Positions 21,301 through 33,300 of a DNA stretch of 64,000 bases are shown here, one piece after another. The DNA is from Macrostomum lignano (Eukaryota): contig NIVC01001762.1 of NCBI GenBank assembly GCA_002269645.1, positions 1-64,000 of the forward strand, given 5' to 3'. Made by a program: the position numbers and the translations under genes. The notes beneath the pieces are model-generated. The model was not told the DNA's origin. It did no database searches and was given only the letters and a program-made list of their open reading frames with translations. Every line of letters begins with the position of its first letter. The stretch's first letter is position 1.

Positions 21301-21374
21301 GCAAAGTGATATTTCCAACCCGAACTCAAAACGAAATCCTACACAACGCTGTGTAGGAGTGGGGCCCTGGAGAG

Positions 21375-21860
21375 GATATGGCACAATGGAGGCTGGGGCA
21401 CAGAGGAGGATGGGGCAGAGGAGGATGGGGCACAATGGAGGCTGGGGCACAATGGAGGCTGGAGCACAGAGGAGGATGAAGCACAGAGGAGGATGGGGCA
21501 CAGAGGAGGATGGGGCACAGAGGAGGATGGGGCACAATGGAGGCTGGAGCACAGAGGAGGATGAAGCACAGAGGAGGATGGGGCACAGAGCAGGATGGGG
21601 CACAGAGGAGGATGGGGCACAATGGAGGCTGGGGCACAATGGAGGCTGGAGCACAGAGGAGGATGAAGCACAGAGGAGGATGGGGCACAGAGGAGGATGG
21701 GGCACAGAGGAGGATGGGGCACAATGGAGGCTGGGGCACAATGGAGGCTGGAGCACAGAGGAGGATGAAGCACAGAGGAGGATGGGGCACAGAGGAGGAT
21801 GGGGCACAGAGGAGGATGGGGCACAATGGAGGCTGGAGCACAGAGGAGGATGAAGCACAA
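21375..21860. repeat. Purine-rich minisatellite of about 18-21 bp, just 3' of the PIAS stop
   Basis: GCACAGAGGAGGATGGG and GCACAATGGAGGCTGG units. Confidence 0.9.
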
Positions 21861-22256
21861 AGAAGGATGGAGTACAGAGTAGGTTGGGGCGCGGTGGAAG
21901 TGACATCGAAAATAGAGGCACAGTGAAGTGAAGTAATTGTTCATTCAAAACTCGGGGTTATTAATGCTTCTACTAATTCTATTTCATAAAGTGATCAATA
22001 TTGGAAACTCCAAACAGCCCAGAGCAGTCCGGTTTAGCCCTGCCAGGTAAAGCTAACAATCCACTGTTATACGCTCGTAATTGTTGGCGTGCCTTTTTTA
22101 ATATTATGGCTTATTACCGTTTGTGCTACTTAGTTTTAATCATGATTTAAGTACCGGTAGTGTGCTCTCTATTCAGTAAATTTACCAAATACATGCAGGT
22201 ACAATTACAGATATTCGTTCTTTACCGTTTAATAAACCCAGGTATTTGTTCGATAA

Positions 22257-22962
22257 TGAACCTGAAATTCGCCCCTGTACTGAACCTGAGAATCGCCCCT
22301 GTACTGAACCTGAGAATCGCCCCTGTACTGAACCTGAGAATCGCCCCTGTACTGAACCTGAGAATCGCCCCTGTACTGAACCTGAGAATCGCCCCTGTAC
22401 TGAACCTGAGAATCGCCCCTGTACTGAACCTGAGAATCGCCCCTGTACTGAACCTGAGAATCGCCCCTGTACTGAACCTGAGAATCGCCCCTGTACTGAA
22501 CCTGAGAATCGCCCCTGTACTGAACCTGAGAATCGCCCCTGTACTGAACCTGAGAATCGCCCCTGTACTGAACCTGAGAATCGCCCCTGTACTGAACCTG
22601 AGAATCGCCCCTGTACTGAACCTGAGAATCGCCCCTGTACTGAACCTGAGAATCGCCCCTGTACTGAACCTGAGAATCGCCCCTGTACTGAACCTGAGAA
22701 TCGCCCCTGTACTGAACCTGAGAATCGCCCCTGTACTGAACCTGAGAATCGCCCCTGTACTGAACCTGAGAATCGCCCCTGTACTGAACCTGAGAATCGC
22801 CCCTGTACTGAACCTGAGAATCGCCCCTGTACTGAACCTGAGAATCGCCCCTGTACTGAACCTGAGAATCGCCCCTGTACTGAACCTGAGAATCGCCCCT
22901 GTACTGAACCTGAGAATCGCCCCTGTACTGAACCTGAGAATCGCCCCTGTACTGAACCCGAG
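22257..22962. repeat. Near-perfect 24-bp minisatellite, about 29 copies
   Basis: Unit TGAACCTGAGAATCGCCCCTGTAC; internal copies appear identical. Confidence 0.97.
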
Positions 22963-23274
22963 ATCACTGGACCAACGCGCAGCTGCTATATCAATCAGCA
23001 GAAGTCTTGTATCTTCTCTTTTAGCTTAACGTCTCGATGCATTTTATTACTTTAAAACGCAGTTTTAACTGTTATTTTTAAGAAAAGCTTTTGATAGCAA
23101 TAGAATTATCAGTAAAATAAATATATTCTGCAAGTTCTTGCTATCCATTTAGTATTTGTTAATATAATTTATTTCACTATGTTATTCATGAATTCAATTT
23201 TCTATTTCATGTTCATGCTTTCATTGTAGTTTAACAGGCGTTTTCTCTAGTTTTTATGTACAATTAGACCAAGC

Positions 23275-26200
23275 TGCTCTCTGCCACCCAGTCCTCAGGC
23301 TGAGCCACCCTCTGCCACCCAGTCTTCAGGCTGAGCCACCCTCTGCCACCCAGTCCTCAGGCTGAGCCACCCTCTGCCACCCAGTCCTCAGGCTGAGCCA
23401 CCATCTGCCACCCAGTCCTCAGGCTGAGCCACCCTCTGCCACCCAGTCCTCAGGCTGAGCCACCCTCTGCCACCCAGTCCTCAGGCTGAGCCACCCTCTG
23501 CCACCCAGTCCTCAGGCTGAGCCACCCTCTGCCACCCAGTCCTCAGGCTGAGCCACCCTCTGCCACCCAGTCCTCAGGCTGAGCCACCCTCTGCCACCCA
23601 GTCCTCAGGCTAAGCCACCATCTGCCACCCAGTCCTCAGGCTGAGCCACCCTCTGCCACCCAGTCTTCAGGCTGAGCCACCCTCTGCCACCCAGTCCTCA
23701 GGCTGAGCCACCCTCTGCCACCCAGTCCTCAGGCTGAGCCACCCTCTGCCACCCAGTCTTCAGGCTGAGCCACCCTCTGCCACCCAGTCCTCAGGCTAAG
23801 CCACCATCTGCCACCCAGTCCTCAGGCTGAGCCACCCAGTCCTCAGGATGAGCCACCCAGTCCTCAGGCTGAGCCACCATCTGCCACCCAGTCCTCAGGC
23901 TGAGCCACCCTCTGCCACCCAGTCCTCAGGCTGAGCCACCCTCTGCCACCCAGTCCTCAGGCTGTGCCACCCTCTGCCACCCAGTCTTCAGGCTGAGCCA
24001 CCCTCTGCCACCCAGTCCTCAGGCTGAGCCACCCTCTGCCACCCAGTCCTCAGGCTGAGCCACCATCTGCCACCCAGTCCTCAGGCTGAGCCACCCTCTG
24101 CCACCCAGTCCTCAGGCTGAGCCACCCTCTGCCACCCAGTCCTCAGGCTGAGCCACCCTCTGCCACCCAGTCTTCAGGCTGAGCCACCCTCTGCCACCCA
24201 GTCCTCAGGCTGAGCCACCCTCTGCCACCCAGTCCTCAGGCTGAGCCACCCTCTGCCACCCAGTCCTCAGGCTGAGCCACCATCTGCCACCCAGTCCTCA
24301 GGCTGAGCCACCCTCTGCCACCCAGTCCTCAGGCTGAGCCACCATCTGCCTTCCAGTCCTCAGGCTGAGCCACCCTCTGCCACCCAGTCTTCAGGCTGAG
24401 CCACCCTCTGCCACCCAGTCCTCAGGCTGAGCCACCCTCTGCCACCCAGTCCTCAGGCTGAGCCACCCTCTGCCACCCAGTCCTCAGGCTGAGCCACCCT
24501 CTGCCACCCAGTCCTCAGGCTGAGCCACCCTCTGCCACCCAGTCCTCAGGCTAAGCCACCATCTGCCACCCAGTCCTCAGGCTGAGCCACCCAGTCCTCA
24601 GGATGAGCCACCGAGTCCTCAGGCTGAGCCACCATCTGCCACCCAGTCTTCAGGCTGAGCCACCCTCTGCCACCCAGTCCTCAGGCTGAGCCACCCTCTG
24701 CCACCCAGTCCTCAGGCTGAGCCACCATCTGCCACCCAGTCCTCAGGCTGAGCCACCCTCTGCCACCCAGTCCTCAGGCTGAGCCACCCTCTGCCACCCA
24801 GTCCTCAGGCTGAGCCACCCTCTGCCACCCAGTCCTCAGGCTGAGCCACCCTCTGCCACCCAGTCCTCAGGCTGAGCCACCCTCTGCCACCCAGTCCTCA
24901 GGCTGAGCCACCCTCTGCCACCCAGTCCTCAGGCTGAGCCACCCTCTGCCACCCAGTCCTCAGGCTGAGCCACCCTCTGCCACCCAGTCCTCAGGCTAAG
25001 CCACCATCTGCCACCCAGTCCTCAGGCTGAGCCACCCTCTGCCACCCAGTCCTCAGGCTGAGCCACCCTCTGCCACCCAGTCCTCAGGCTGAGCCACCCT
25101 CTGCCACCCAGTCCTCAGGCTGAGCCACCCTCTGCCACCCAGTCCTCAGGCTAAGCCACCATCTGCCACCCAGTCCTCAGGCTGAGCCACCCAGTCCTCA
25201 GGATGAGCCACCCAGTCCTCAGGCTGAGCCACCATCTGCCACCCAGTCCTCAGGCTGAGCCATCCTCTGCCACCCAGTCCTCAGGCTGAGCCACCCTCTG
25301 CCACCCAGTCCTCAGGCTGAGCCACCCTCTGCCACCCAGTCCTCAGGCTGTGCCACCCTCTGCCACCCAGTCTTCAGGCTGAGCCACCCTCTGCCACCCA
25401 GTCCTCAGGCTGAGCCACCCTCTGCCACCCAGTCCTCAGGCTGAGCCACCATCTGCCACCCAGTCCTCAGGCTGAGCCACCCAGTCCTCAGGATGAGCCA
25501 CCCAGTCCTCAGGCTGAGCCACCATCTGCCACCCAGTCCTCAGGCTAAGCCACCATCTGCCACCCAGTCCTCAGGCTGAGCCACCCAGTCCTCAGGATGA
25601 GCCACCCAGTCCTCAGGCTGAGCCACCATCTGCCACCCAGTCCTCAGGCTGAGCCACCCTCTGCCACCCAGTCCTCAGGCTGAGCCACCCTCTGCCACCC
25701 AGTCCTCAGGCTGTGCCACCCTCTGCCACCCAGTCTTCAGGCTGAGCCACCCTCTGCCACCCAGTCTTCAGGCTGAGCCACCCTCTGCCACCCAGTCCTC
25801 AGGCTGAGCCACCCTCTGCCACCCAGTCCTCAGGCTGAGCCACCATCTGCCACCCAGTCCTCAGGCTGAGCCACCCTCTGCCACCCAGTCCTCAGGCTGA
25901 GCCACCCTCTGCCACCCAGTCCTCAGGCTAAGCCACCCTCTGCCACCCAGTCTTCAGGCTGAGCCACCCTCTGCCACCCAGTCCTCAGGCTGAGCCACCC
26001 TCTGCCACCCAGTCCTCAGGCTGAGCCACCCTCTGCCACCCAGTCCTCAGGCTGAGCCACCCTCTGCCACCCAGTCCTCAGGCTGAGCCACCCTCTGCCA
26101 CCCAGTCCTCAGGCTAAGCCACCATCTGCCACCCAGTCCTCAGGCTGAGCCACCCAGTCCTCAGGATGAGCCACCCAGTCCTCAGGCTGAGCCACCATCT

Positions 26201-27020
26201 GCCACCCAGTCTTCAGGCTGAGCCACCCTCTGCCACCCAGTCCTCAGGCTGAGCCACCCTCTGCCACCCAGTCCTCAGGCTGAGCCACCATCTGCCACCC
26301 AGTCTTCAGGCTGAGCCACCCTCTGCCACCCAGTCCTCAGGCTGAGCCACCCTCTGCCACCCAGTCCTCAGGCTGAGCCACCCTCTGCCACCCAGTCCTC
26401 AGGCTGAGCCACCCTCTGCCACCCAGTCCTCAGGCTGAGCCACCCTCTGCCACCCAGTTTTCAGGCTAAGCCACCATCTGCCACCCAGTCCTCAGGCTGA
26501 GCCACCCAGTCCTCAGGATGAGCCACCCAGTCCTCAGGCTGAGCCACCATCTGCCACCCAGTCCTCAGGCTAAGCCACCCTCTGCCACCCAGTCCTCAGG
26601 CTGAGCCACCCTCTGCCACCCAGTCCTCAGGCTGTGCCACCCTCTGCCACCCAGTCTTCAGGCTGAGCCACCCTCTGTCACCCAGTCCTCAGGCTGAGCC
26701 ACCCTCTGCCACCCAGTCCTCAGGCTGAGCCACCCTCTGCCACCCAGTCCTCAGGCTGAGCCACCATCTGCCACCCAGTCCTCAGGCTGAGCCACCCTCT
26801 GCCACCCAGTCCTCAGGCTGAGCCACCCTCTGCCACCCAGTCCTCAGGCTGAGCCACCCTCTGCCATCCAGTCTTCAGGCTGAGCCACCATCTGCCACCC
26901 AGTCCTCAGGCTGTGCCACCATCTGCCTTCCAGTCCTCAGGCTGAGCCACCATCTGCCTTCCAGTCCTCAGGCTGTGCCACCCTCTGCCACCCAGTCCTC
27001 AGGCTGAGCCACCCTCTGCC
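23275..27020. repeat. 31-bp minisatellite, about 120 copies
   Basis: Unit CTGCCACCCAGTCCTCAGGCTGAGCCACCCT with recurring shortened variants. Confidence 0.97.
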
Positions 27021-27361
27021 CATTCCTCCGCCCATGCCATAAACAGCGGACTAACCAATCGCTGTTTTATTGGTCACAAACAATTTAACCGCTCGAAATT
27101 TCTCTGCCCCCCGGCTCTCCTAAATCAACCCGCGCTGGCGATAAAAACCGATGTTCTAGCTTTCAGTTCAGAATCATTTTTGCTGCATTCGGTAATTAAA
27201 TTTCTGCAACAAATTGTTCCATTGCATGCCAAGACCTGCGCCGCAGCAATGGCGTAGCGAATCGCGGCAGCCCCAATATCTTGCCAGCATTAAATGCATG
27301 CAGTTGATTCTGGTTTGGCAAGCAGCCAAGCAAATTCTAAGGCGCCTTAATCGAGGCCCTC

Positions 27362-30300
27362 ATGTTGCTGCAATTCAAATTCAAAGCTGGTCTGCCGTTA
27401 GGCCTTGTGCTGAACGACTGCGGCTGCTGTACTGCTGAGGAAGATCAAGGAGGCTGCGGTAATGGCGATCATGCCGTTGGGGTTTCCGTGAAAGAGGTGA
27501 GACCAATGGTGAATTTAAGATGTGTTAGCTCTTCCCTCCTGTTTCCCATCGCTATTTTTGTCTGGATAAAAGCAGAATGTTCCCCAATCCCTGTCCCCAG
27601 CTCCCATTCCCTGTCACCAGCTCCAAGACACCAGCTTCCATTCCCTGTCCCCATCTCCAAGACAACAGCTCCCATTCCCTGTCCCCATCTCCAAGACACC
27701 AGCTTCCATTCCCTGTCACCAGCTCCAAGACACCAGCTCCCATTCCCTGTCCCCATATCCAAGACACCAGCTCCCATTCCCTGTCCCCATCTCCAAGACA
27801 CCAGCTTCCATTCCCTGTCCCCAGCTCCAAGACACCAGCTCCCATTCCCTGTCCCCAGCTCCAAGACAACAGCTCCCATTCCCTGTCCCCAGCTCCAAGA
27901 CACCAGCTCCCATTCCCTGTCCCCAGCTCCAATACACCAGCTCCCATTCCCTGTCCCCAGCTCCAAGACACCAGCTTCCATTCCCTGTCCCCAGCTCCAA
28001 GACACCAGCTCCCATTCCCTGTCCCCAGCTCCAAGACACCAGCAGCTCCGATGCACACCAATGAGGGCCAACCCCGAAGGCGCTGTGAGTGTACATGCCT
28101 GACGATTAGAAAGTCAGGGCTAAGTGTACACCCTGTGTGAGCGCTCAGGAGTCAGCGGAATAAGCGCTGATTGTAGGACGATGTCTCCGTAGACGTGTTG
28201 GAGTGCCCACAGCCCTGCAATTATTATTATTATTATTATTAATACCCACAGTTGTACTGCACTACTTCAAGTAGTTCCGCGCCAATCCCTCAGATAATCT
28301 GCGGCGGCCTGGTCTTCCTCGACGGCCAAATGAGGGTTGGCGACGTAGTGTTGGAAGTGAACGGCGCGGCTCCGGCAAACGGAAAAGAGGCAACTCGCCT
28401 CATGGAGGAGGCCAGCGGCACTGTCTGCCTCACTGTCAGACGGTTAGTTGCCTAGCTGCTTGCATTGGAGCTGGGGAAGGAAAGGAAAGAATAAGGGTAG
28501 TAATAATAGTGAAGGTAGAGTACGAGTAGGGAGTGTAGAGTAAGAATGAGGGTGGAGTGGAGAGAGGGTAGGAGTAGGAGCAGGGTAGAGTAGAGTGAGG
28601 GTAGAGTAGAGAGTAAGGGTAGAGTAGAGAGTGAGGGTAGAGTAGAGAGTGAGGGTAGAGTAGAGAGTGAGGGTAGAGTAGAGAGTGAGGGTAGAGTAGA
28701 GAGTGAGGGTAGAGTAGAGAGTGAGGGTAGAGTAGAGAGTGAGGGTTGAGTAGAGAGTGAGGGTTGAGTAGAGATTTAGGGTAGAGTAGAGAGTGAGGTT
28801 AGAGTAGAGAGTGAGGGTAGAGTAGAGAGTGAGGGTTGAGTAGAGAGTAAGGGTTGAGTAGAGACTGAGGGTAGAGTAGAGAGTGAGGGTTGAGTAGAGA
28901 GTGAGGGTTGAGTAGAGACTGAGGGTAGAGAGTGAGGGTAGAGTGAGGGTTGAGTAGAGAGTGAGGGTAGAGTGAGGGTAGAGACAGGGTAGAGAGTGAG
29001 GGTAGAGAGTGAGGGTAGACTGAGGGTAGAGAGTGAGGGTAGAGAGTGAGGGTAGAATGAGGGTAGAGAGTGAGGGTAGACTGAGGGTAGAGAGTGAGGG
29101 TAGACTGAGGGTAGAGAGTGAGGGTAGACTGAGGGTAGAGAGTGAGGGTAGACTGAGGGAAGAGTAAAGAGTGAAGGTAGAGTAGAGAGTGAGGGTTGAG
29201 TAGAGAGTGAGGGTTGAGTAGAGAGTGAGGGTTGAGTAGAGAGTGAGGGTTGAGTAGAGAGTGAGGGTAGAGTGAGGGTTGAGTAGAGAGTGAGGGTTGA
29301 GTAGAGAGTGAGGGTTGAGTAGAGAGTGAGGGTTGAGTAGAGAGTGAGGGTTGAGTAGAGACTGAGGGTGGAGAGTGAGGGTAGAGTGAGGGTAGAGAGA
29401 GAGTAGAGTGAGGGTAGAGAGTGAGGGTAGAGTGAGGGTAGAGAGTGAGGGTAGAGTGAGGGAAGAGAGTGAGGGTAGAGTGAGGGTAGAGAGTGAGGGT
29501 AGAGTGAGGGAAGAGTAAAGAGTGAGGGTAGAGTAGAGGGTAGAATTGTGTGAGGTAAGATTTGAGAAATTGTTGGAGTAGAGTGAGGGGCAGAGTTAAG
29601 GCATAGGGAGTGTGATGGTGATAGCATGAGTATACATCAAGCAGGGGTAAGGTGAAAAGTACAAATGCACAGGGGAAAGTGTCCTGCTGCATTCGGAATT
29701 CAAGACAGGCCTGTCTGTTTCAATCGCGAAATGCAAAATGAGAAACCCCGATTGACAGCTGATCATCATTTCACTGTTTTACTGCCGTGTCACTGACATT
29801 CCATTGCCTGTATTGGCCGAGTCAATACAGTCTGTGTGGTGTTTGAATAAAAAGTTCTCTCCGGCTCCCTGAGTGCAGATTTATTTTATCTTGACAAGCT
29901 AGAAAGTGACTAAAGAAAGGACTAACAGCCTTCTCGTGTGCACTAAGGGCACATCCTGCTGCAAATTTGCACTCAAACATGAGCGCTTGGCGTTATTCTG
30001 CTTTCTTAGAAATGGTCGGGTTTTTAATTTATAAAAGGATTTTTTAAAAATCGTATTTCAATGATTTCCAGTCGGGAACCGGCTCAGCCGGTGTCCACTG
30101 CCGAGCGGCACAGCCAATCCGCTGAAGAGGTCTCGCTGGCTCCCGCATCTCCCACCGACTGCAGCGCCGTCTTGAACTCGTCGAAGATGTCGCACAGCCG
30201 GAGCTTCGATTTGCTGCTCACAACGCCGGAACGGGGACCCGAGTCGCTCTGGTTTGAGGCGTAAGTTTCCATGCTGTGCGATTCTCTGCTTTGAAATCCC

Positions 30301-33300
30301 CCCTCAACTGCCAGTAGGAATCGCCCCTCAACTGCCAGTAGAAATCGCCCCTCAACTGCCAGTAGAAATCGCCCCTCAACTGCCAGTAGGAATCCCCCTC
30401 AACTGCCAGTAGGAATCGCCCCTCAACTGCCAGTAGAAATCGCCCCTCAACTGCCAGTAGGAATCGCCCCTCAACTGCCAGTAGGAATCGCCCCTCAACT
30501 GCCAGTAGAAATCGCCCCTCAACTGCCAGTAGAAATCGCCCCTCAACTGCCAGTAGGAATCGCTCCTCAACTACCAGTAGAAATCGCCCCTCAACTGCCA
30601 GTAAAAATCGCCCCTCAACTGCCAGTAGAAATCGCCCCTCAACTGCCAGTAGAAATCCCCCCTCAACTGCCAGTAGAAATCGCCCCTCAACTGCCAGTAG
30701 AAATCGCCCCTCAACTACCAGTAGGAATCGCTCCTCAACTACCAGTAGAAATCGCCCCTCAACTGCCAGTAGGAATCGCCCCTCAACTGCCAGTAGGAAT
30801 CGCCCCTCAACTGCCAGTAGGAATCGCCCCTCAACTGCCAGTAGGAATCGCCCCTCAACTGCCAGTAGAAATCGCCCCTCAACTGCCAGTAGAAATCGCC
30901 CCTCAACTGCCAGTAGAAATCGCCCCTCAACTGCCAGTAAAAATCGCCCCTCAACTGCCAGTAGGAATCGCCCCTCAACTGCCAGTAGGAATCGCCCCTC
31001 AACTGCCAGTAGAAATCGCCCCTCAACTGCCAGTAGGAATCGCCCCTCAACTGCCAGTAAAAATCGCCCCTCAACTGCCAGTAGAAATCGCCCCTCAACT
31101 GCCAGTAGAAATCGCCCCTCAACTGCCAGTAGAAATCGCCCCTTAACTGCCAGTAGAAATCGCCCCTCAACTGCCAGTAAAAATCGCCCCTCAACTGCCA
31201 GTAGAAATCGCCCCTCAACTGCCAGTAAAAATCGCCCCTCAACTGCCAGTAGAAATCGCCCCTCAACTGCCAGTAGAAATCGCCCCTCAACTGCCAGTAG
31301 GAATCGCCCCTCAACTGCCAGTAGGAATCGCTCCTCAACTACCAGTAGAAATCGCCCCTCAACTGCCAGTAAAAATCGCCCCTCAACTGCCAGTAGAAAT
31401 CGCCCCTCAACTGCCAGTAGAAATCCCCCCTCAACTGCCAGTAGAAATCGCCCCTCAACTGCCAGTAGAAATCGCCCCTCAACTACCAGTAGGAATCGCT
31501 CCTCAACTACCAGTAGAAATCGCCCCTCAACTGCCAGTAGGAATCGCCCCTCAACTGCCAGTAGGAATCGCCCCTCAACTGCCAGTAGGAATCGCCCCTC
31601 AACTGCCAGTAGGAATCGCCCCTCAACTGCCAGTAGAAATCGCCCCTCAACTGCCAGTAGAAATCGCCCCTCAACTGCCAGTAGAAATCGCCCCTCAACT
31701 GCCAGTAGGAATCGCCCCTCAACTGCCAGTAGAAATCGCCCCTCAACTGCCAGTAGAAATCGCCCCTCAACTACCAGTAGGAATCGCTCCTCAACTACCA
31801 GTAGAAATCGCCCCTCAACTGCCAGTAGGAATCGCCCCTCAACTGCCAGTAGGAATCGCCCCTCAACTGCCAGTAGGAATCGCCCCTCAACTGCCAGTAG
31901 GAATCGCCCCTCAACTGCCAGTAGGAATCGCCCCTCAACTGCCAGTAGGAATCGCCCCTCAACTGCCAGTAGAAATCGCCCCTCAACTGCCAGTAGGAAT
32001 CGCCCCTCAACTGCCAGTAGGAATCGCCCCTCAACTGCCAGTAGGAATCGCCCCTCAACTGCCAGTAGAAATCGCCCCTCAACTGCCAGTAGGAATCGCC
32101 CCTCAACTGCCAGTAGGAATCGCCCCTCAACTGCCAGTAGAAATCGCCCCTCAACTGCCAGTAGAAATCGCCCCTCAACTGCCAGTAGAAATCGCTCCTC
32201 AACTGCCAGTAGAAATCGCCCACTAAAGCTGTCCCTTTAACAGAGCCCAGACAAGCTGCCGTGATGTTAAATGAAATGTTCAATTGGAGGTCATGCAGTT
32301 AGACATTTTAGGGATAATAAAGGAGCATTACCATGCCAGGGGTCGGTCGGTGCAGTTTTTTCTATTCTCCCCTTTTCTATTATTAGTGTATGTATTGTAA
32401 TACAGTAAGCTACTTAGCGCGCGCAAATCCCAATAACACACCGGATGAATTCTGCCTGCCGCAGACAGGCGTGTGTTTCTCTCTCTGTGTGTGTATGTGT
32501 GTGTGAAAATGTGTGCGTGTGTGCATGTGCGTGTGCGTGTGCCCGTAACTGTGTGGGTTCGTGCGCGCGTTTCCACATTGTTCTTTAAATTGTTTAGCAA
32601 TCCGAGAGCTGAGATTCTAACAGTCGAATTGGCTTGGGTTTTTTATAGTAAATAAAAGGAAAGAAATCTCATGACAGTTAATCGCGCTGGGTGAGCTGGT
32701 GTTGTTGGCTTGCCTGACTGGGTGCATTAAATATGTATGCGCCAGAGAGAGAGAGAGAGAGAGAGTAGACAGTTTGGCGAGAGATAGGCGAGGACAGAGC
32801 AAAGTCCGCGCCTCACATGCAGCCGCACAGCCGGGGAGGGAGGGGGGGGTGGCGACAGCCAGTAGGAAGGCTTGATGGAACCAGCCCCCTCTGGCGGTAT
32901 TAAAACTGGGCAATCAAAAAAAAGAATTCTGATCCAGTGTCCGTTCCGCACAGTTATTTTCCCTGATAGCTGAATAGTTTTTTATTGAATATTTGTTAAA
33001 CTTCTCCCATTCCCATTCGCAGCGGCGACTGCACTGACTTGGCCAGCCAATGCCAGCGGGGTGGCCAACAGCTGCAGCACGACAGAGCCGTCTCCTTGCC
33101 AGCTGAGGCAACCGCCGTTGCGATGCCTGCCGCTTCTCTCATGCCGCCTAGTTCAACAAGTTCCAGGCCGACCTCCTGGCACGAGGAGCCGCCGCCGCAG
33201 CAGCCGCAGCGCCAGAGGCAGTCGCCGCCGCCGCCTCCGCTGCCTGCCCGATCCTCACAGCCGCTGCCGCAGCAGCTGGCTCGTAAATTCAGCGTCCAGC

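Noticed and set aside
22257-22962. CRISPR array (also considered for the 24-34 bp arrays elsewhere)
   Set aside because: Units are head-to-tail with no unique spacers, there are no cas genes and the DNA is eukaryotic.
27497-28140. Coding continuation of ORF 27362-28102 beyond codon 45
   Set aside because: A GT donor at 27497 joins in frame to the second half of the PDZ at 28294; the rest is a 34-bp minisatellite.
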